Assembly (NCBI GenBank): GCA_963677895.2
Contig: CAXXGJ010000025.1
Coordinates: 64,001 to 128,000 of the forward strand
Direction: 5' to 3'
DNA: 64,000 bases
Source: Treponemataceae bacterium
GTDB taxonomy: Bacteria > Spirochaetota > Spirochaetia > Treponematales > Rectinemataceae
Positions 45,331-54,961 of this stretch are shown here, in pieces. The translations under genes and the position numbers were made by a program. Under the pieces are notes generated by a model. It had not been told where the DNA came from. It saw nothing but the letters and a program-made list of their open reading frames with translations, and made no database searches. Position 1 is the stretch's first letter, and the number at the start of each line of letters is the position of its first letter.

Positions 45331-47193
45331 TCAGTTCCGGGGGACGACCGCGACGCCGATGGCGCCGAGCCAGGCGATCGACGAGAGCAACGGCCCCATG
45401 TCCGACACGAAAATCTCGGCTTTGGCGCTTGCCTGAGATCTGCAGAGGCCGGCCAGTTTTTCGGCCTCCTCCTTCGCCGCCACGTGAACGATATGGATGG
45501 TCCAGGCCGCGTCTGACGAAATCAGTCGGCGAATTCTGGCGAACAGCGCCGAAACGGCGTTCTTCTCGCCTACATAGAGCCCTTTCGTCACCGCTTTTCC
45601 CTTTTTGTCCGTTCCCAGCAGGGGTTTCAGGCCGAATTTCCTCAAGACGAGGCTTTTGATTCCATGCAGCCGTCCCGAACGGATGAGGCTCGCGAGGTCC
45701 CGTACGGCCACGAAGAGAGCGACATCCTCCCGTTTCTTTTCGAATTCGGCCCGGATTTCTTCGGCCGAAGCCCCCGATTCCGCGCGCGCTACCGCCAAGG
45801 CGGTCAGAGCTCCGGCTCCGGCGGTGATCGTCTTCGAATCGACGCAGCGAACTCTGCCTCCAAAGCCTAAGGCGGCTTTTTCTCCCGCCTGGAAGGTGCC
45901 GGACAGGGCCGAGGTAAGGCCGAGATAAAGCGCTTCGTCAGCCTGGGAAAGCGCGAGGGTAAAAGCCCGGACAAAGGCGGATTCCACCGGCTGGCTCGTC
46001 GACATCGAGAAGCCGGGATCACTGGTCATCCTCGAATGGATGCTTTCCAATTCCATGGCCGCGCCATCGGGTCTTGTGATACCGCCTATCGTGATCAGGG
46101 CGGGCACCTTTATAATGCCGTGCTCGAGCATGTAGTCGGCCGGCAGATCGCAGCCCGTGTCCACGACGATGGCGCATGGCCTTTTGGCCGCGCTCGCGGA
46201 GCGGACGACAAGCCTGCGCTGGAGTTCCATATCGTCCACTTTATGCTGTTCCACCCTGCCTGCCGACTCGAGCAGGTCGAATACGGCCGAGGGTCTGTCG
46301 CTATGCACGTGAACCCTGGCTATTTCCTCGTCGCCGGCGACGACGATGCTGTTTCCGAGGTCGGAAAGCCTCTCCCGGACCGAATCCAGGGGGACGGAAA
46401 CATTGTACAGCAGGGCTTCCGTGCAGTATCGAGGTCCTTCGGGATCGCCCGGATCATCGATGCCGCCCGCGTTCACGGAAAACGCTGCTTCGGCGGGGAT
46501 TTCAGCCTGAAGGCCGGCCTGCGTCCCGCTTACGCGGCCCGGTCTGCCCAGAATGGTTCGCGATCGCGGCCTCATGCCGGGTTTCAGCAATTCGGCTACG
46601 CCGTCGAGAAGGTGGATGAAGCCCTTGGCTCCGGCGTCCACGACGCCGGCCCTGCGCATTTCCGGAAGGAAATCGCGCGTCCGCTCGAGGGAAGCTTTCG
46701 CCGCGTCGAGGCCGGAGTGGAAAACCTGGAAAATATCGTCGCAATGGGTCGCCGAATCGTGGAGGGCCAGTGCCCAATCGTGGAGCACGGTGAGGATCGT
46801 TCCTTCGCGGGGGCTGGTGAGGGCGGCTCTGGTTTTTTCGGCCGCGATGACGGCGCCTTGGGCCAATCGCTTGGCTCCGATCCTCGCTTCTGAACCCAGT
46901 TCGTGGGCAAGGCTCTGAAGAAACTGCGCCAGGATGGCGCCAGAATTTCCCCTGGCTCCCTCGAGGGCCGAACGCGCGGCCTGCCTGAGTACGCTGCCCG
47001 CGTCCCGATGAAGCGCCGATCTCAGGGAAGCGGCGATCGAACGCATGGTGCTGGCCATGTTGGTGCCCGTGTCCCCGTCGGGCACGGGGAATACATTGAT
47101 CGCGTTAAGATTTTCGGCGTTGGATATTATGGACTGCGACCCCGCCAGGAAGGCCGTGCGCAGCCTTGCTCCGTCAATATAAGCTATTTTCAT
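45331..47193 (-). CDS. DAK2 (FakA-like) + DegV (FakB-like) fatty acid kinase fusion
   Basis: NVFPVPDGDTGTN, ARGNSG, EGTILTV, VVDAGA, YCTE and HVHS; DegV part with VDTGCD, STSQP, SALSGT and SGRL. Confidence 0.9.
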   Translation of the reverse strand: MKIAYIDGARLRTAFLAGSQSIISNAENLNAINVFPVPDGDTGTNMASTMRSIAASLRSALHRDAGSVLRQAARSALEGARGNSGAILAQFLQSLAHELGSEARIGAKRLAQGAVIAAEKTRAALTSPREGTILTVLHDWALALHDSATHCDDIFQVFHSGLDAAKASLERTRDFLPEMRRAGVVDAGAKGFIHLLDGVAELLKPGMRPRSRTILGRPGRVSGTQAGLQAEIPAEAAFSVNAGGIDDPGDPEGPRYCTEALLYNVSVPLDSVRERLSDLGNSIVVAGDEEIARVHVHSDRPSAVFDLLESAGRVEQHKVDDMELQRRLVVRSASAAKRPCAIVVDTGCDLPADYMLEHGIIKVPALITIGGITRPDGAAMELESIHSRMTSDPGFSMSTSQPVESAFVRAFTLALSQADEALYLGLTSALSGTFQAGEKAALGFGGRVRCVDSKTITAGAGALTALAVARAESGASAEEIRAEFEKKREDVALFVAVRDLASLIRSGRLHGIKSLVLRKFGLKPLLGTDKKGKAVTKGLYVGEKNAVSALFARIRRLISSDAAWTIHIVHVAAKEEAEKLAGLCRSQASAKAEIFVSDMGPLLSSIAWLGAIGVAVVPRN

Positions 47194-47250
47194 CTCACTT
47201 ATACATTATTGCAATTTTTGTCAAAGAGCAAGACGGGGCGGAAACCGGGT

Positions 47251-47904
47251 TCAGCGCCTGCGGCGCAGGAACCTCATCCTGTCGAAGGATTTTTCCTTTC
47301 CTTTCAGAATGCGCCCGATGTTCGCCCTGTGGGTAAAAACGACAAAGGCGGCCAAAATGACCGAAAAACCCAGTAACCATGGCGAGGGAGGCGATCCCGC
47401 CGCGCCCAAGGCCACAGCCGCGGGCAGGATGAGGGCGGCGACGATGGAACTAGCGGAAACGATGCCGGTCGCGCCCAGGACGAGGAGAAAGCCGGCCGCC
47501 GAATACAGCGCGGCGCCCGGGGCGATGGCGAGGATGGCGCCCGCCCCCGTCGCCACACCCTTGCCGCCCCTGAATCCCGCGAATATCGGATATACGTGCC
47601 CCAGGACGGCGAGGAGGGCGCCGGCAATTTTCAACGCTATCGAAGGAAGAACTGCGTCGCTTGAAGCCGAGCCCAGAGCCGAGCAGACGGCGACGGCCAG
47701 GGCGCCCTTGGCCACGTCCACGGTGCTGACCCCTATGCCCGCCAGCGCTCCGAACTGTCTGAAAATATTGGTGGCTCCGGTGGCGCCGCTTCCGCCTTCC
47801 CTCGGATCTTTATGGAAGAATAACTTTCCGACGATGACGCCCGTCGGGAAGGATCCGAGGAGATAGGCGGACAGTAGTCCCAGGGCGAGCTTCACGATAC
47901 TCAT
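47251..47904 (-). CDS. plsY: Glycerol-3-phosphate 1-O-acyltransferase
   Basis: YLLGSFP, GSGATGATN, DVAKG, GHVYP..FRGGKGVAT and HRANI motifs. Confidence 0.95.
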   Translation of the reverse strand: MSIVKLALGLLSAYLLGSFPTGVIVGKLFFHKDPREGGSGATGATNIFRQFGALAGIGVSTVDVAKGALAVAVCSALGSASSDAVLPSIALKIAGALLAVLGHVYPIFAGFRGGKGVATGAGAILAIAPGAALYSAAGFLLVLGATGIVSASSIVAALILPAAVALGAAGSPPSPWLLGFSVILAAFVVFTHRANIGRILKGKEKSFDRMRFLRRRR

Positions 47905-47954
47905 AGTGGTACGATAAGAGTTTTCAGGCGGGAAAACAAGATTGAGCGGGCGAC

Positions 47955-47991
47955 AAAAAAAGGGGAGGCCCTTCGCGCGGCCGCCCCTTTT
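47955..47991 (-). terminator. Intrinsic terminator after the 5'-nucleotidase gene
   Basis: Minus strand ggggcggcc...ggcctcccc (one mismatch) followed by T7. Confidence 0.65.
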
Positions 47992-48042
47992 CCGTGAACC
48001 GGAATCCTGTCGTTTTCGACCGATTCCGGTTCTCCCTGAAAT

Positions 48043-49560
48043 TTATTTTTTATAGATGAGATTGTCCGCCGTAATGGTGCCGAGATGCTGGGCATATTTC
48101 TGGAAAACCTCTGCGTCAGAGGGGAAATCGTTCTGCGCCTTGCCGATCAGCATGCGGTAATCGTCGCCGCCGTTGAACTCGAAATTCAGCGTCGTAAAGA
48201 GATAGTCCTTATTCGGGTCTACGGGCTGGCCGCCGACGAGGATATTGGAGACTCTCTCTCCCGCGGGTTTGGTCACGTCAAGCGTGTAACTCCAGCCTGC
48301 CAGGTGAGGGAAACGTCCGTCGGGAGCCGGCAGCTTGCCGACGCCGTTTTCCAGGACGGCTTTGAGCTCGGAACCCTTGAGTTTTCCGGTCTGGATATAG
48401 TTGCCGAAGGGCATGACGGTGTAGATCTGTTTCAGAGTGATGTCGCCGGCGGGGATGGAATCGCGGATGCCGCCGCCGTTCATGAGGGCGATATCGGCGC
48501 CCGTCACATAGAGCATTCCGTTGGCGATGAGGGTGCCGAGGTTGGACTGCTGGGTGCGGACGATCTCGCGTTTACCTTCGAGTGCCACGGTGGTCTTTCC
48601 GACGACCTGCAGAAGCACTGAATCCTGAGCCTTGGCCAGGGAAGTGACCATGGCCCCGATCTTCGCGTCGCCCTTCAGCTCGGGCGAATTCGCGACGGTG
48701 ATGGTCCGGGCGGTCTTGGACTGCACCGCGCCGTCGACGATAACAAGCTCCACGACGCCGAGGCCGGCGCCGTAGGAACCGGTGCTGGCGATGAGGGTTT
48801 CGGTCGTGTTTTCTTTCTGCAGCGTCTCGAGGGTGGTATGGCTATGGCCGTCGATGATGACATCGATGGCGGGGATGGCCTCAGCGATCTGCAGAGAAGT
48901 CGGATCCGAGGATTTATCGGTGCCGATATGGGAGACGAGGACGAGGACATCGTACTGTCCGGCGAGCTCGATGGCCACATTCGACGCTTCCACGATGGGA
49001 TCGGTGAAGGTCACGCCTTCCGTGTTCTTGGGGTCGGCCTTATAGACGGTCTCGGGAGTGGCGAGGCCGAAAAAGGCGATCCTGACACCCTGGACATTCT
49101 CGATGATATAGGGAGTGAAAGCCCTTTTACCGTCCTTCCAGACGTTGGCCGCGAGAATATCGAATGCCGCCTTCTTCTCGAGCAGCAGCAGTCGGTCGAA
49201 ACCATAATTATAATCGTGGTTTCCGGTCGTCATGCAGAAATAGCCGACGGCGTTCATGAGTTTCACGATGCTTTCGCCCTGGTCGATATTGGCGATGGGC
49301 AACCCGTGGAAGGTGTCGCCGGCATCGATGAGGAAGGTGTTCGGGTTCTTGGCTTTAGCCGCCTGGTAAGCTGCCGCGATCCTGGAATAGCCCAGTTCGG
49401 TCTTGCTCTCGACGATGCGGGCATGCATGTCGTTGGTGTGCAGAAGCGTGATTTTCACTTCCTGCGGAACTTGATCGGAGACGACAGGAGCGGTTGCTAT
49501 AAATGCCATCGTGAACATGATAGCAAACGAAAGCGCGATGCCGGCGATTTTTTTCATCAT
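48043..49560 (-). CDS. Exported bifunctional UDP-sugar hydrolase/5'-nucleotidase
   Basis: HTNDMH, DAGD, GNHD, SHIG, DGHSH, NGGGIR and PFGN motifs; signal peptide; AGGAGG RBS. Confidence 0.92.
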   Translation of the reverse strand: MMKKIAGIALSFAIMFTMAFIATAPVVSDQVPQEVKITLLHTNDMHARIVESKTELGYSRIAAAYQAAKAKNPNTFLIDAGDTFHGLPIANIDQGESIVKLMNAVGYFCMTTGNHDYNYGFDRLLLLEKKAAFDILAANVWKDGKRAFTPYIIENVQGVRIAFFGLATPETVYKADPKNTEGVTFTDPIVEASNVAIELAGQYDVLVLVSHIGTDKSSDPTSLQIAEAIPAIDVIIDGHSHTTLETLQKENTTETLIASTGSYGAGLGVVELVIVDGAVQSKTARTITVANSPELKGDAKIGAMVTSLAKAQDSVLLQVVGKTTVALEGKREIVRTQQSNLGTLIANGMLYVTGADIALMNGGGIRDSIPAGDITLKQIYTVMPFGNYIQTGKLKGSELKAVLENGVGKLPAPDGRFPHLAGWSYTLDVTKPAGERVSNILVGGQPVDPNKDYLFTTLNFEFNGGDDYRMLIGKAQNDFPSDAEVFQKYAQHLGTITADNLIYKK

Positions 49561-49702
49561 CAAACCTCCTTGATAATGGGCTCGAATAATCGAGCACAGG
49601 GCAAATTATATTCTCGTTTCATCCATCTAACAAGAAGAATCGCATGTCAATGGAAAGCTTGCTCTCTTTTCCAATGGGCACGATGCGTATTATGATTCAC
49701 TC

Positions 49703-51877
49703 ATGCATTCATCAGCTCGCCCGGGTCGCGGCCAGGGGCTTTCTCGCGCGATTTCCGGACTCAAGGGGCTTTTTCCCCTCCTGCTTCTCCTCGCCCTGAC
49801 AGCCCCCCCGGCTCTGGCCCAGGCGGGACAGGATTCGGCCCAGGATTTTCTTGTCGGCGGGCAGGCAGGGCTGTACCGCGCGACACTCAATCAGAATAAG
49901 GCGGAAACCCGGATCGTATGGGACGAGGGCTCGGTGAGCTCCATCGTGCCCTTCGAGGGCGGCTGGTATTTCCTCGGTTCGAAGGGAATCACCTACAGCG
50001 CCGACCTGCGCGCCTTCGAAAACCGCTCGGCCGGTTTACCGATGAAGGTTCTGAAGATTTTTGAAGGCAATGCCTTCAGATTGTCTCGGGAAACCGTCGA
50101 AATAAAGTCTCTGGCTGTCGACCCGGCTCAACCCAACCGTCTCGCCCTCTGCACGGGCACGGAAATCTGGTACAGCGAAACCTACGGGAAATCCTGGATT
50201 TCCCTGGGCGGTCCCTCGCTGATACAGGGCCTTAAAGCCGTATCCTTCGGCCCCTGGCAGGGGACAGCGCAGCATGTCGTCTGGGTTTCCCATACCATAA
50301 AGGGTTTGTTCGCGAGGGACGTGAACGGGAAAAATGGGTGGGTCGGCGTCTCTTCTGGCTTGCCGAAGGTTTTCGGCAGCAATATCGAGGAAGTATCGAG
50401 TTTTGCCCTCGTTCAGACGGGAAAGCCATCGGGAGCCTATTCCAATGGTTCCTCGAATGGTTCCGCCTGGAACCTCATCGCCGGCTTGAGCTTCCTGGGA
50501 AAAATCTTCCAATGGGACCAGGCTCAGAAGACCTTCTCCGAACGCTATTCCGACATCAAGGATTTCGGCGGGGTGGAATCCCTCGTTCCGGCGGGACAGG
50601 ATTCGGGTTTCGCCATTTCGAACGGCCAAATCGGCAGATTCCTGCTCACGCCGGGAACGGGCAGGATGACGCTGAAGCCCGACGAATGGCTCACCCTGGC
50701 CTCGAAATCGATCTCGGAAGCCATTCGTTCGCGGTACGACGATTCGGCGCTCTGCCTGGCCTGGCTGCCCGACATCGACAAGGCCAATTCCTCTAAAAAG
50801 CCCCTTCCCATAGCGATCGGTGAGCTCTGGCAGCTGTCCAGGGACGATCCTGAGCTCTCCGAGGCCGCGCTGCGGCGCAGGCAGCTGGCCGACGGCAAGG
50901 ACGGGATCTACCTACAGACCGGTTTCGTCATCAACCCCGAGACCCGGGCCAAATATTTCAGCCTCATCAAATCGCTGGGACTCAACAGCCTCGTCGTCGA
51001 CATGAAGGATGATTACGGCCGCTTCCGCTTCGCTCCCCGCCAGCCCCTCCTCCAGGGAATGGACAGGACGGGCGAAATCCTGGATATCGAATCCTTTGCC
51101 GCCGAAGCGAAGGCGCAAGGCATTTATCTTATAGCGAGAATCGTGGTGTTCAAGGACGAAGCGCTCTATAAATGGAAGGGCGGCGCGCTCGCCTTGCGCG
51201 ATTCGGTTTCGGGCGGCTCATGGCAGGGCATTAAGGCGGACGGCCAGCCGATCCAGGAATACTGGGTCGATCCCTATTCGACCGATGTATGGCAGTACAA
51301 TGTCGAAATAGCCAAGGAAGTGACGGCGCGCGGTTTCGACGAAGTCCAGTTCGACTACATACGTTTCCCCACCGATGGCGAGAATCTGGATAAGGCCAGA
51401 TTTCCCAGACAGGAAACGGGCATGACGCAGGACTCGGCGCTGGAATCTTTCCTGCGCTTCGCGCGGGAATCGCTCGACGTACCGATCGGCGTCGATATCT
51501 ATGGGGCCAATGGCTGGTACCGCTCGGGCACGAGGACCGGCCAGGATGTCGAAATGCTCTCCAATTATGTGGATGTCATCAGTCCGATGCTCTATCCCTC
51601 GCATTTCGAGCAGGCTTTTCTGGCTCAGGCCCCCGCCGAATTGAGACCGTACAGGATCTACAGACTAGGCACGCTGCGCAATCTGGCCATAGCGCGCGAC
51701 AGGGCCATCGTGCGTCCCTACGTCCAGGCCTTCTACCTCAATGTCAGCTACGACAAGACATATTACGGCCCGAGTTATGTCGTGGAAGAAGTGGAAGGCG
51801 TATTGGATGGGGCGAACCAGGGCATGACCTTCTGGAACAATTCGGGACGATACGCGGATCTGCCTGTCCCGCGCTGA
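49703..51877 (+). CDS. Exported putative glycoside hydrolase (DUF4015-like C-terminal domain, N-terminal beta-propeller-like region)
   Basis: VVDMKDDYG, IARIVVFKD, WVDPY, GFDEVQFDYIRFP, SPMLYPSHF and RPYVQAF motifs; signal peptide. Confidence 0.8.
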   Translation: MHSSARPGRGQGLSRAISGLKGLFPLLLLLALTAPPALAQAGQDSAQDFLVGGQAGLYRATLNQNKAETRIVWDEGSVSSIVPFEGGWYFLGSKGITYSADLRAFENRSAGLPMKVLKIFEGNAFRLSRETVEIKSLAVDPAQPNRLALCTGTEIWYSETYGKSWISLGGPSLIQGLKAVSFGPWQGTAQHVVWVSHTIKGLFARDVNGKNGWVGVSSGLPKVFGSNIEEVSSFALVQTGKPSGAYSNGSSNGSAWNLIAGLSFLGKIFQWDQAQKTFSERYSDIKDFGGVESLVPAGQDSGFAISNGQIGRFLLTPGTGRMTLKPDEWLTLASKSISEAIRSRYDDSALCLAWLPDIDKANSSKKPLPIAIGELWQLSRDDPELSEAALRRRQLADGKDGIYLQTGFVINPETRAKYFSLIKSLGLNSLVVDMKDDYGRFRFAPRQPLLQGMDRTGEILDIESFAAEAKAQGIYLIARIVVFKDEALYKWKGGALALRDSVSGGSWQGIKADGQPIQEYWVDPYSTDVWQYNVEIAKEVTARGFDEVQFDYIRFPTDGENLDKARFPRQETGMTQDSALESFLRFARESLDVPIGVDIYGANGWYRSGTRTGQDVEMLSNYVDVISPMLYPSHFEQAFLAQAPAELRPYRIYRLGTLRNLAIARDRAIVRPYVQAFYLNVSYDKTYYGPSYVVEEVEGVLDGANQGMTFWNNSGRYADLPVPR

Positions 51878-51952
51878 AATGGCGGCATAATGCCCGAACC
51901 GGCGTACACATTGTCACTTTTCTTTTTGGGTGAAGTAGCATACTCTTGGTAT

Positions 51953-53275
51953 ATGTCACATATGTGGAAAGAAGGCCATCTCTCGCCCGCGCAGAAACGC
52001 GCGCTCGTCTGGGCGACCGCCGCCTTGGCGGCATGCCTGGCCATGAATGCCTATCATTATTCCCTTGAAGGCGCGAAAGGCCTCTATGTCTGGAACAGGA
52101 CGGGCATGTTCCGCGCGCTCATTCTCATGGGCTTTATTCCCGCCACGGTCGCCTTCCTTTCGTTTCCCCTCGAAAAGCTCAGGAACAAGGGCGCTTCCAG
52201 GCTATTCCGCGGTCTCTCCATCGCCCTGTCGCTCATAGTAATCGTAGCGTCGGTCGGCATCGGCGCGATGCTCATAGCGGGCCCGAGGCTCGGCACCCTG
52301 GAGCCGGCGCGCCTCAACCTCATCAACCCCATCGACGGCATAACGCCCCGGCAGGCGGTAAAAACGGCTTTCCAGTCGGGCAGCGCGCCGGCGGCTCCGT
52401 CAGGTTTCCCCTTAGTCGCCCCTTTCTCCGCTTTCCTCGCGGCTCCGTCAGACCCGACGCAGCCTCTCCTTCGCCTCAGTTTTTCCTCCGACCCTCACTG
52501 GGGAGTCGATACGTCCAACGGCAGGGCCAGGACGGACATTCTCGCGAACATAGCCGAGAACAAGCCCGACGCCTTCTTCATGCTGGGCGATACGGTGGAA
52601 ACCGGCTCCAAATCGATGATGTGGAACTTCGCCCTCTCCGACCTCGAAGCCATAATGCCCAAAATCCCCCTCCGCCCCCTCCTGGGCAATCACGACGCCT
52701 TGCTGGGCGGACAGTATCTCTTCAGGAAAGCTTTCTTCCCGGACGGCTTCAAGAGCGATTCGGGTTCTCCCTATTATTATTCCATAGACGCCAAGGCCGC
52801 CCGGATCATCGTCCTCGACCTCCCCTGGGGCACTGAAAACTTCAACAAAAAGCAGAAGACCTGGCTAGAGAGCGTCCTCAAGAAAACCGACAGGACGAAG
52901 CCGGTCATCGTGCTCAGCCACAGCTATTTTTACGCATCGGGCTACGACGACCCCTCATACGACAAACCTTGGTACGATCACTACCAGAATATCCCGGCCG
53001 TGACGCCCCTGTTCGAACAGTATGGCGTGGATCTCGTGATTTCCGGGCATAATCATTACCAGGAATATCTCGAACACGCCGGCGTACGCTACGCGATCAT
53101 CGGAAGCATGGGCGGCATAAGCGATCCCCCGCCGAAGTATATTTCGCCCGCTACAAAATGGATGGCCGTGGCGACCTTCGGCTGGCTCGACGTGGATATT
53201 CTCCCCGCCGAAGTCGTCCTTTCATTCAGGAACGAACGAGGCGAGCTACTTCACGAAGAGCGCTTCGGGTATTGA
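51953..53275 (+). CDS. Membrane-anchored metallophosphoesterase (purple-acid-phosphatase-like)
   Basis: Three N-terminal TMs; SDPH, LGD, GNHD, SH and SGHNH motifs. Confidence 0.85.
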   Translation: MSHMWKEGHLSPAQKRALVWATAALAACLAMNAYHYSLEGAKGLYVWNRTGMFRALILMGFIPATVAFLSFPLEKLRNKGASRLFRGLSIALSLIVIVASVGIGAMLIAGPRLGTLEPARLNLINPIDGITPRQAVKTAFQSGSAPAAPSGFPLVAPFSAFLAAPSDPTQPLLRLSFSSDPHWGVDTSNGRARTDILANIAENKPDAFFMLGDTVETGSKSMMWNFALSDLEAIMPKIPLRPLLGNHDALLGGQYLFRKAFFPDGFKSDSGSPYYYSIDAKAARIIVLDLPWGTENFNKKQKTWLESVLKKTDRTKPVIVLSHSYFYASGYDDPSYDKPWYDHYQNIPAVTPLFEQYGVDLVISGHNHYQEYLEHAGVRYAIIGSMGGISDPPPKYISPATKWMAVATFGWLDVDILPAEVVLSFRNERGELLHEERFGY

Positions 53276-53343
53276 CCCACAGGACACTCATTCTCCCCCA
53301 AATGCCGCGGCGCCCGCCTATGGAAAACTCAAAAAATAAAAAC

Positions 53344-53398
53344 TTGACAGTTACTACATGTAGTGTAATAATACTACCTAGGTTGTTATTTTACTACA
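53344..53398 (+). promoter_or_regulatory. Promoter of the TRAP operon with repeated ACTAC(A) operator boxes
   Basis: TTGACA 53344-53349, 17-bp spacer, TGnAATAAT; palindrome actacatgtagt 53353-53364; boxes tgtaataatactacc and tgttattttactaca. Confidence 0.7.
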
Positions 53399-53414
53399 TT
53401 TTCAGGAGGAGATC

Positions 53415-54404
53415 ATGCTCAGAAAGCTCTCATTGGTCACTATGATGGTCCTTTTGGCGCTGTCGTTCGCGAACGCCGCGCCCAACAAGATCATCATCAA
53501 GGTAGGATACGGAACAGCCGGCGGGCCGATCCACGAAGGCGCCCTCGAGTTCGAGAAACGCGTGGAAAAGGCCAATCCCAATATCGATGTGCAAGTCTTC
53601 CCGGGCGGGCAGCTTGGTTCAGAAGGCGAGATTGTCGGCCAGCTTCAGGCCGGAATCACCGACCTGCTTCCCACGACGACAGGCCCGCTTGGGCAGATCG
53701 ACTCGGCATTCTATGTTCTCGAGACCCCTTTCGTGTTCCTGGATGAAGAGCAGGCTGACAAGGTTCTGGATGGTCCCATCGGCGAGAAGATTCTCAAAGT
53801 CCTCGAGCCTAAAGGCCTCGTCGGTCTCGCGTTCTGGGAAAACGGATTCCGCGAGATAACGAACAACGTCAGGCCCATCAGAGCCCCGGCTGATCTCAAG
53901 GGTCTGAAGATGAGAACCCAGCAGAACAGGCTCCACATCAAGTATTTCACCGATCTCGGAGCGAGCCCCACGCCTCTGGCCTTCACCGAAATTTACAACG
54001 CCCTCGCGACGAAAGTCGTCGACGGACAGGAAAATCCCTACTCCCTCATCGCCACCAACAAATTCTACGAGCAGCAGAAATACGTGTCCCAGACCGACCA
54101 TGTCTACTCCGCCGTCCCCGTGTACTACTCGAAGGCGAAATGGGACAAGCTTCCGGCCGATGTCCAGAAGCTCGTCAAGGACACGATCTACGACCTCAGG
54201 CTCTGGCAGCGCCAGCGCGGTCGCGAGATGCAGAAAGACTACGTGGCCGAGATCGGCAAAAAATCCCAGGTAGCCATTCTCAGCATCGCCGAGAAAGCGG
54301 CGTTCCAGAAAGCGGCTGCTCCCGCCTACGCTTGGGCGAAGAAAGAATTCGGCAAATCCTACGAAAACCTGCTCGATGACGTTTTGGAAGCGGCCGCCAA
54401 GTAA
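53415..54404 (+). CDS. dctP: TRAP transporter substrate-binding protein
   Basis: FPGGQLG, ENGFR, DLKGLKMR and VDGQENP motifs; signal peptide. Confidence 0.93.
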   Translation: MLRKLSLVTMMVLLALSFANAAPNKIIIKVGYGTAGGPIHEGALEFEKRVEKANPNIDVQVFPGGQLGSEGEIVGQLQAGITDLLPTTTGPLGQIDSAFYVLETPFVFLDEEQADKVLDGPIGEKILKVLEPKGLVGLAFWENGFREITNNVRPIRAPADLKGLKMRTQQNRLHIKYFTDLGASPTPLAFTEIYNALATKVVDGQENPYSLIATNKFYEQQKYVSQTDHVYSAVPVYYSKAKWDKLPADVQKLVKDTIYDLRLWQRQRGREMQKDYVAEIGKKSQVAILSIAEKAAFQKAAAPAYAWAKKEFGKSYENLLDDVLEAAAK

Positions 54405-54425
54405 TCATTTTCCAGCATTTATCGC

Positions 54426-54452
54426 AAGCGCCGGTACTCCGTGCCGGCGCTT
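54426..54452 (+). terminator. Intercistronic hairpin dctP-dctQ
   Basis: aagcgccggtac-tcc-gtgccggcgctt followed by tgttt. Confidence 0.55.
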
Positions 54453-54469
54453 TGTTTCAGGAGTAGCGT

Positions 54470-54961
54470 ATGTCCGACACACAGAAAAAAGAGTTGCCCA
54501 TATTGATAAAAATCGAGCGGGGAGTTCTCACCATACTGGGAACCGTCGCCACGCTCATCATGTTCTTCAACGCGGCATCGCGGTATCTTTTCAAGACGAC
54601 CTTCGTATGGGCCGAAGAATCGATCAGGATTCTTTTTGTCTGGACGATGTTCATCGCGGTCACCACCGCGTTTTTAAGGAATGAGCACATAGGCTTCGAC
54701 GGCATAGCCAAGAAAAAGGGCACGCCTAATCTCATATACAGAATCACGTACGCGCTTTCGCTCATCGTAGTCGGAGCGATCCTCTGCCTCTATGGCTTTA
54801 AATACAACACGTTTACCGGTGGGGTACCCCTTACCGGCACCGGTCTTCCCACGGCCGTACTGATGTGGCCCGGCATCCTCGCCGGAGCCGCGTGGACGGT
54901 TATTGGCATCCAGAAATTGGCAAAGATCTTTGCGGGAGCCAAGGGAGAAAACACCAAATGA
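54470..54961 (+). CDS. dctQ: TRAP transporter small permease
   Basis: RY...WAEESIR...HIGFD pattern; four TMs. Confidence 0.88.
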   Translation: MSDTQKKELPILIKIERGVLTILGTVATLIMFFNAASRYLFKTTFVWAEESIRILFVWTMFIAVTTAFLRNEHIGFDGIAKKKGTPNLIYRITYALSLIVVGAILCLYGFKYNTFTGGVPLTGTGLPTAVLMWPGILAGAAWTVIGIQKLAKIFAGAKGENTK

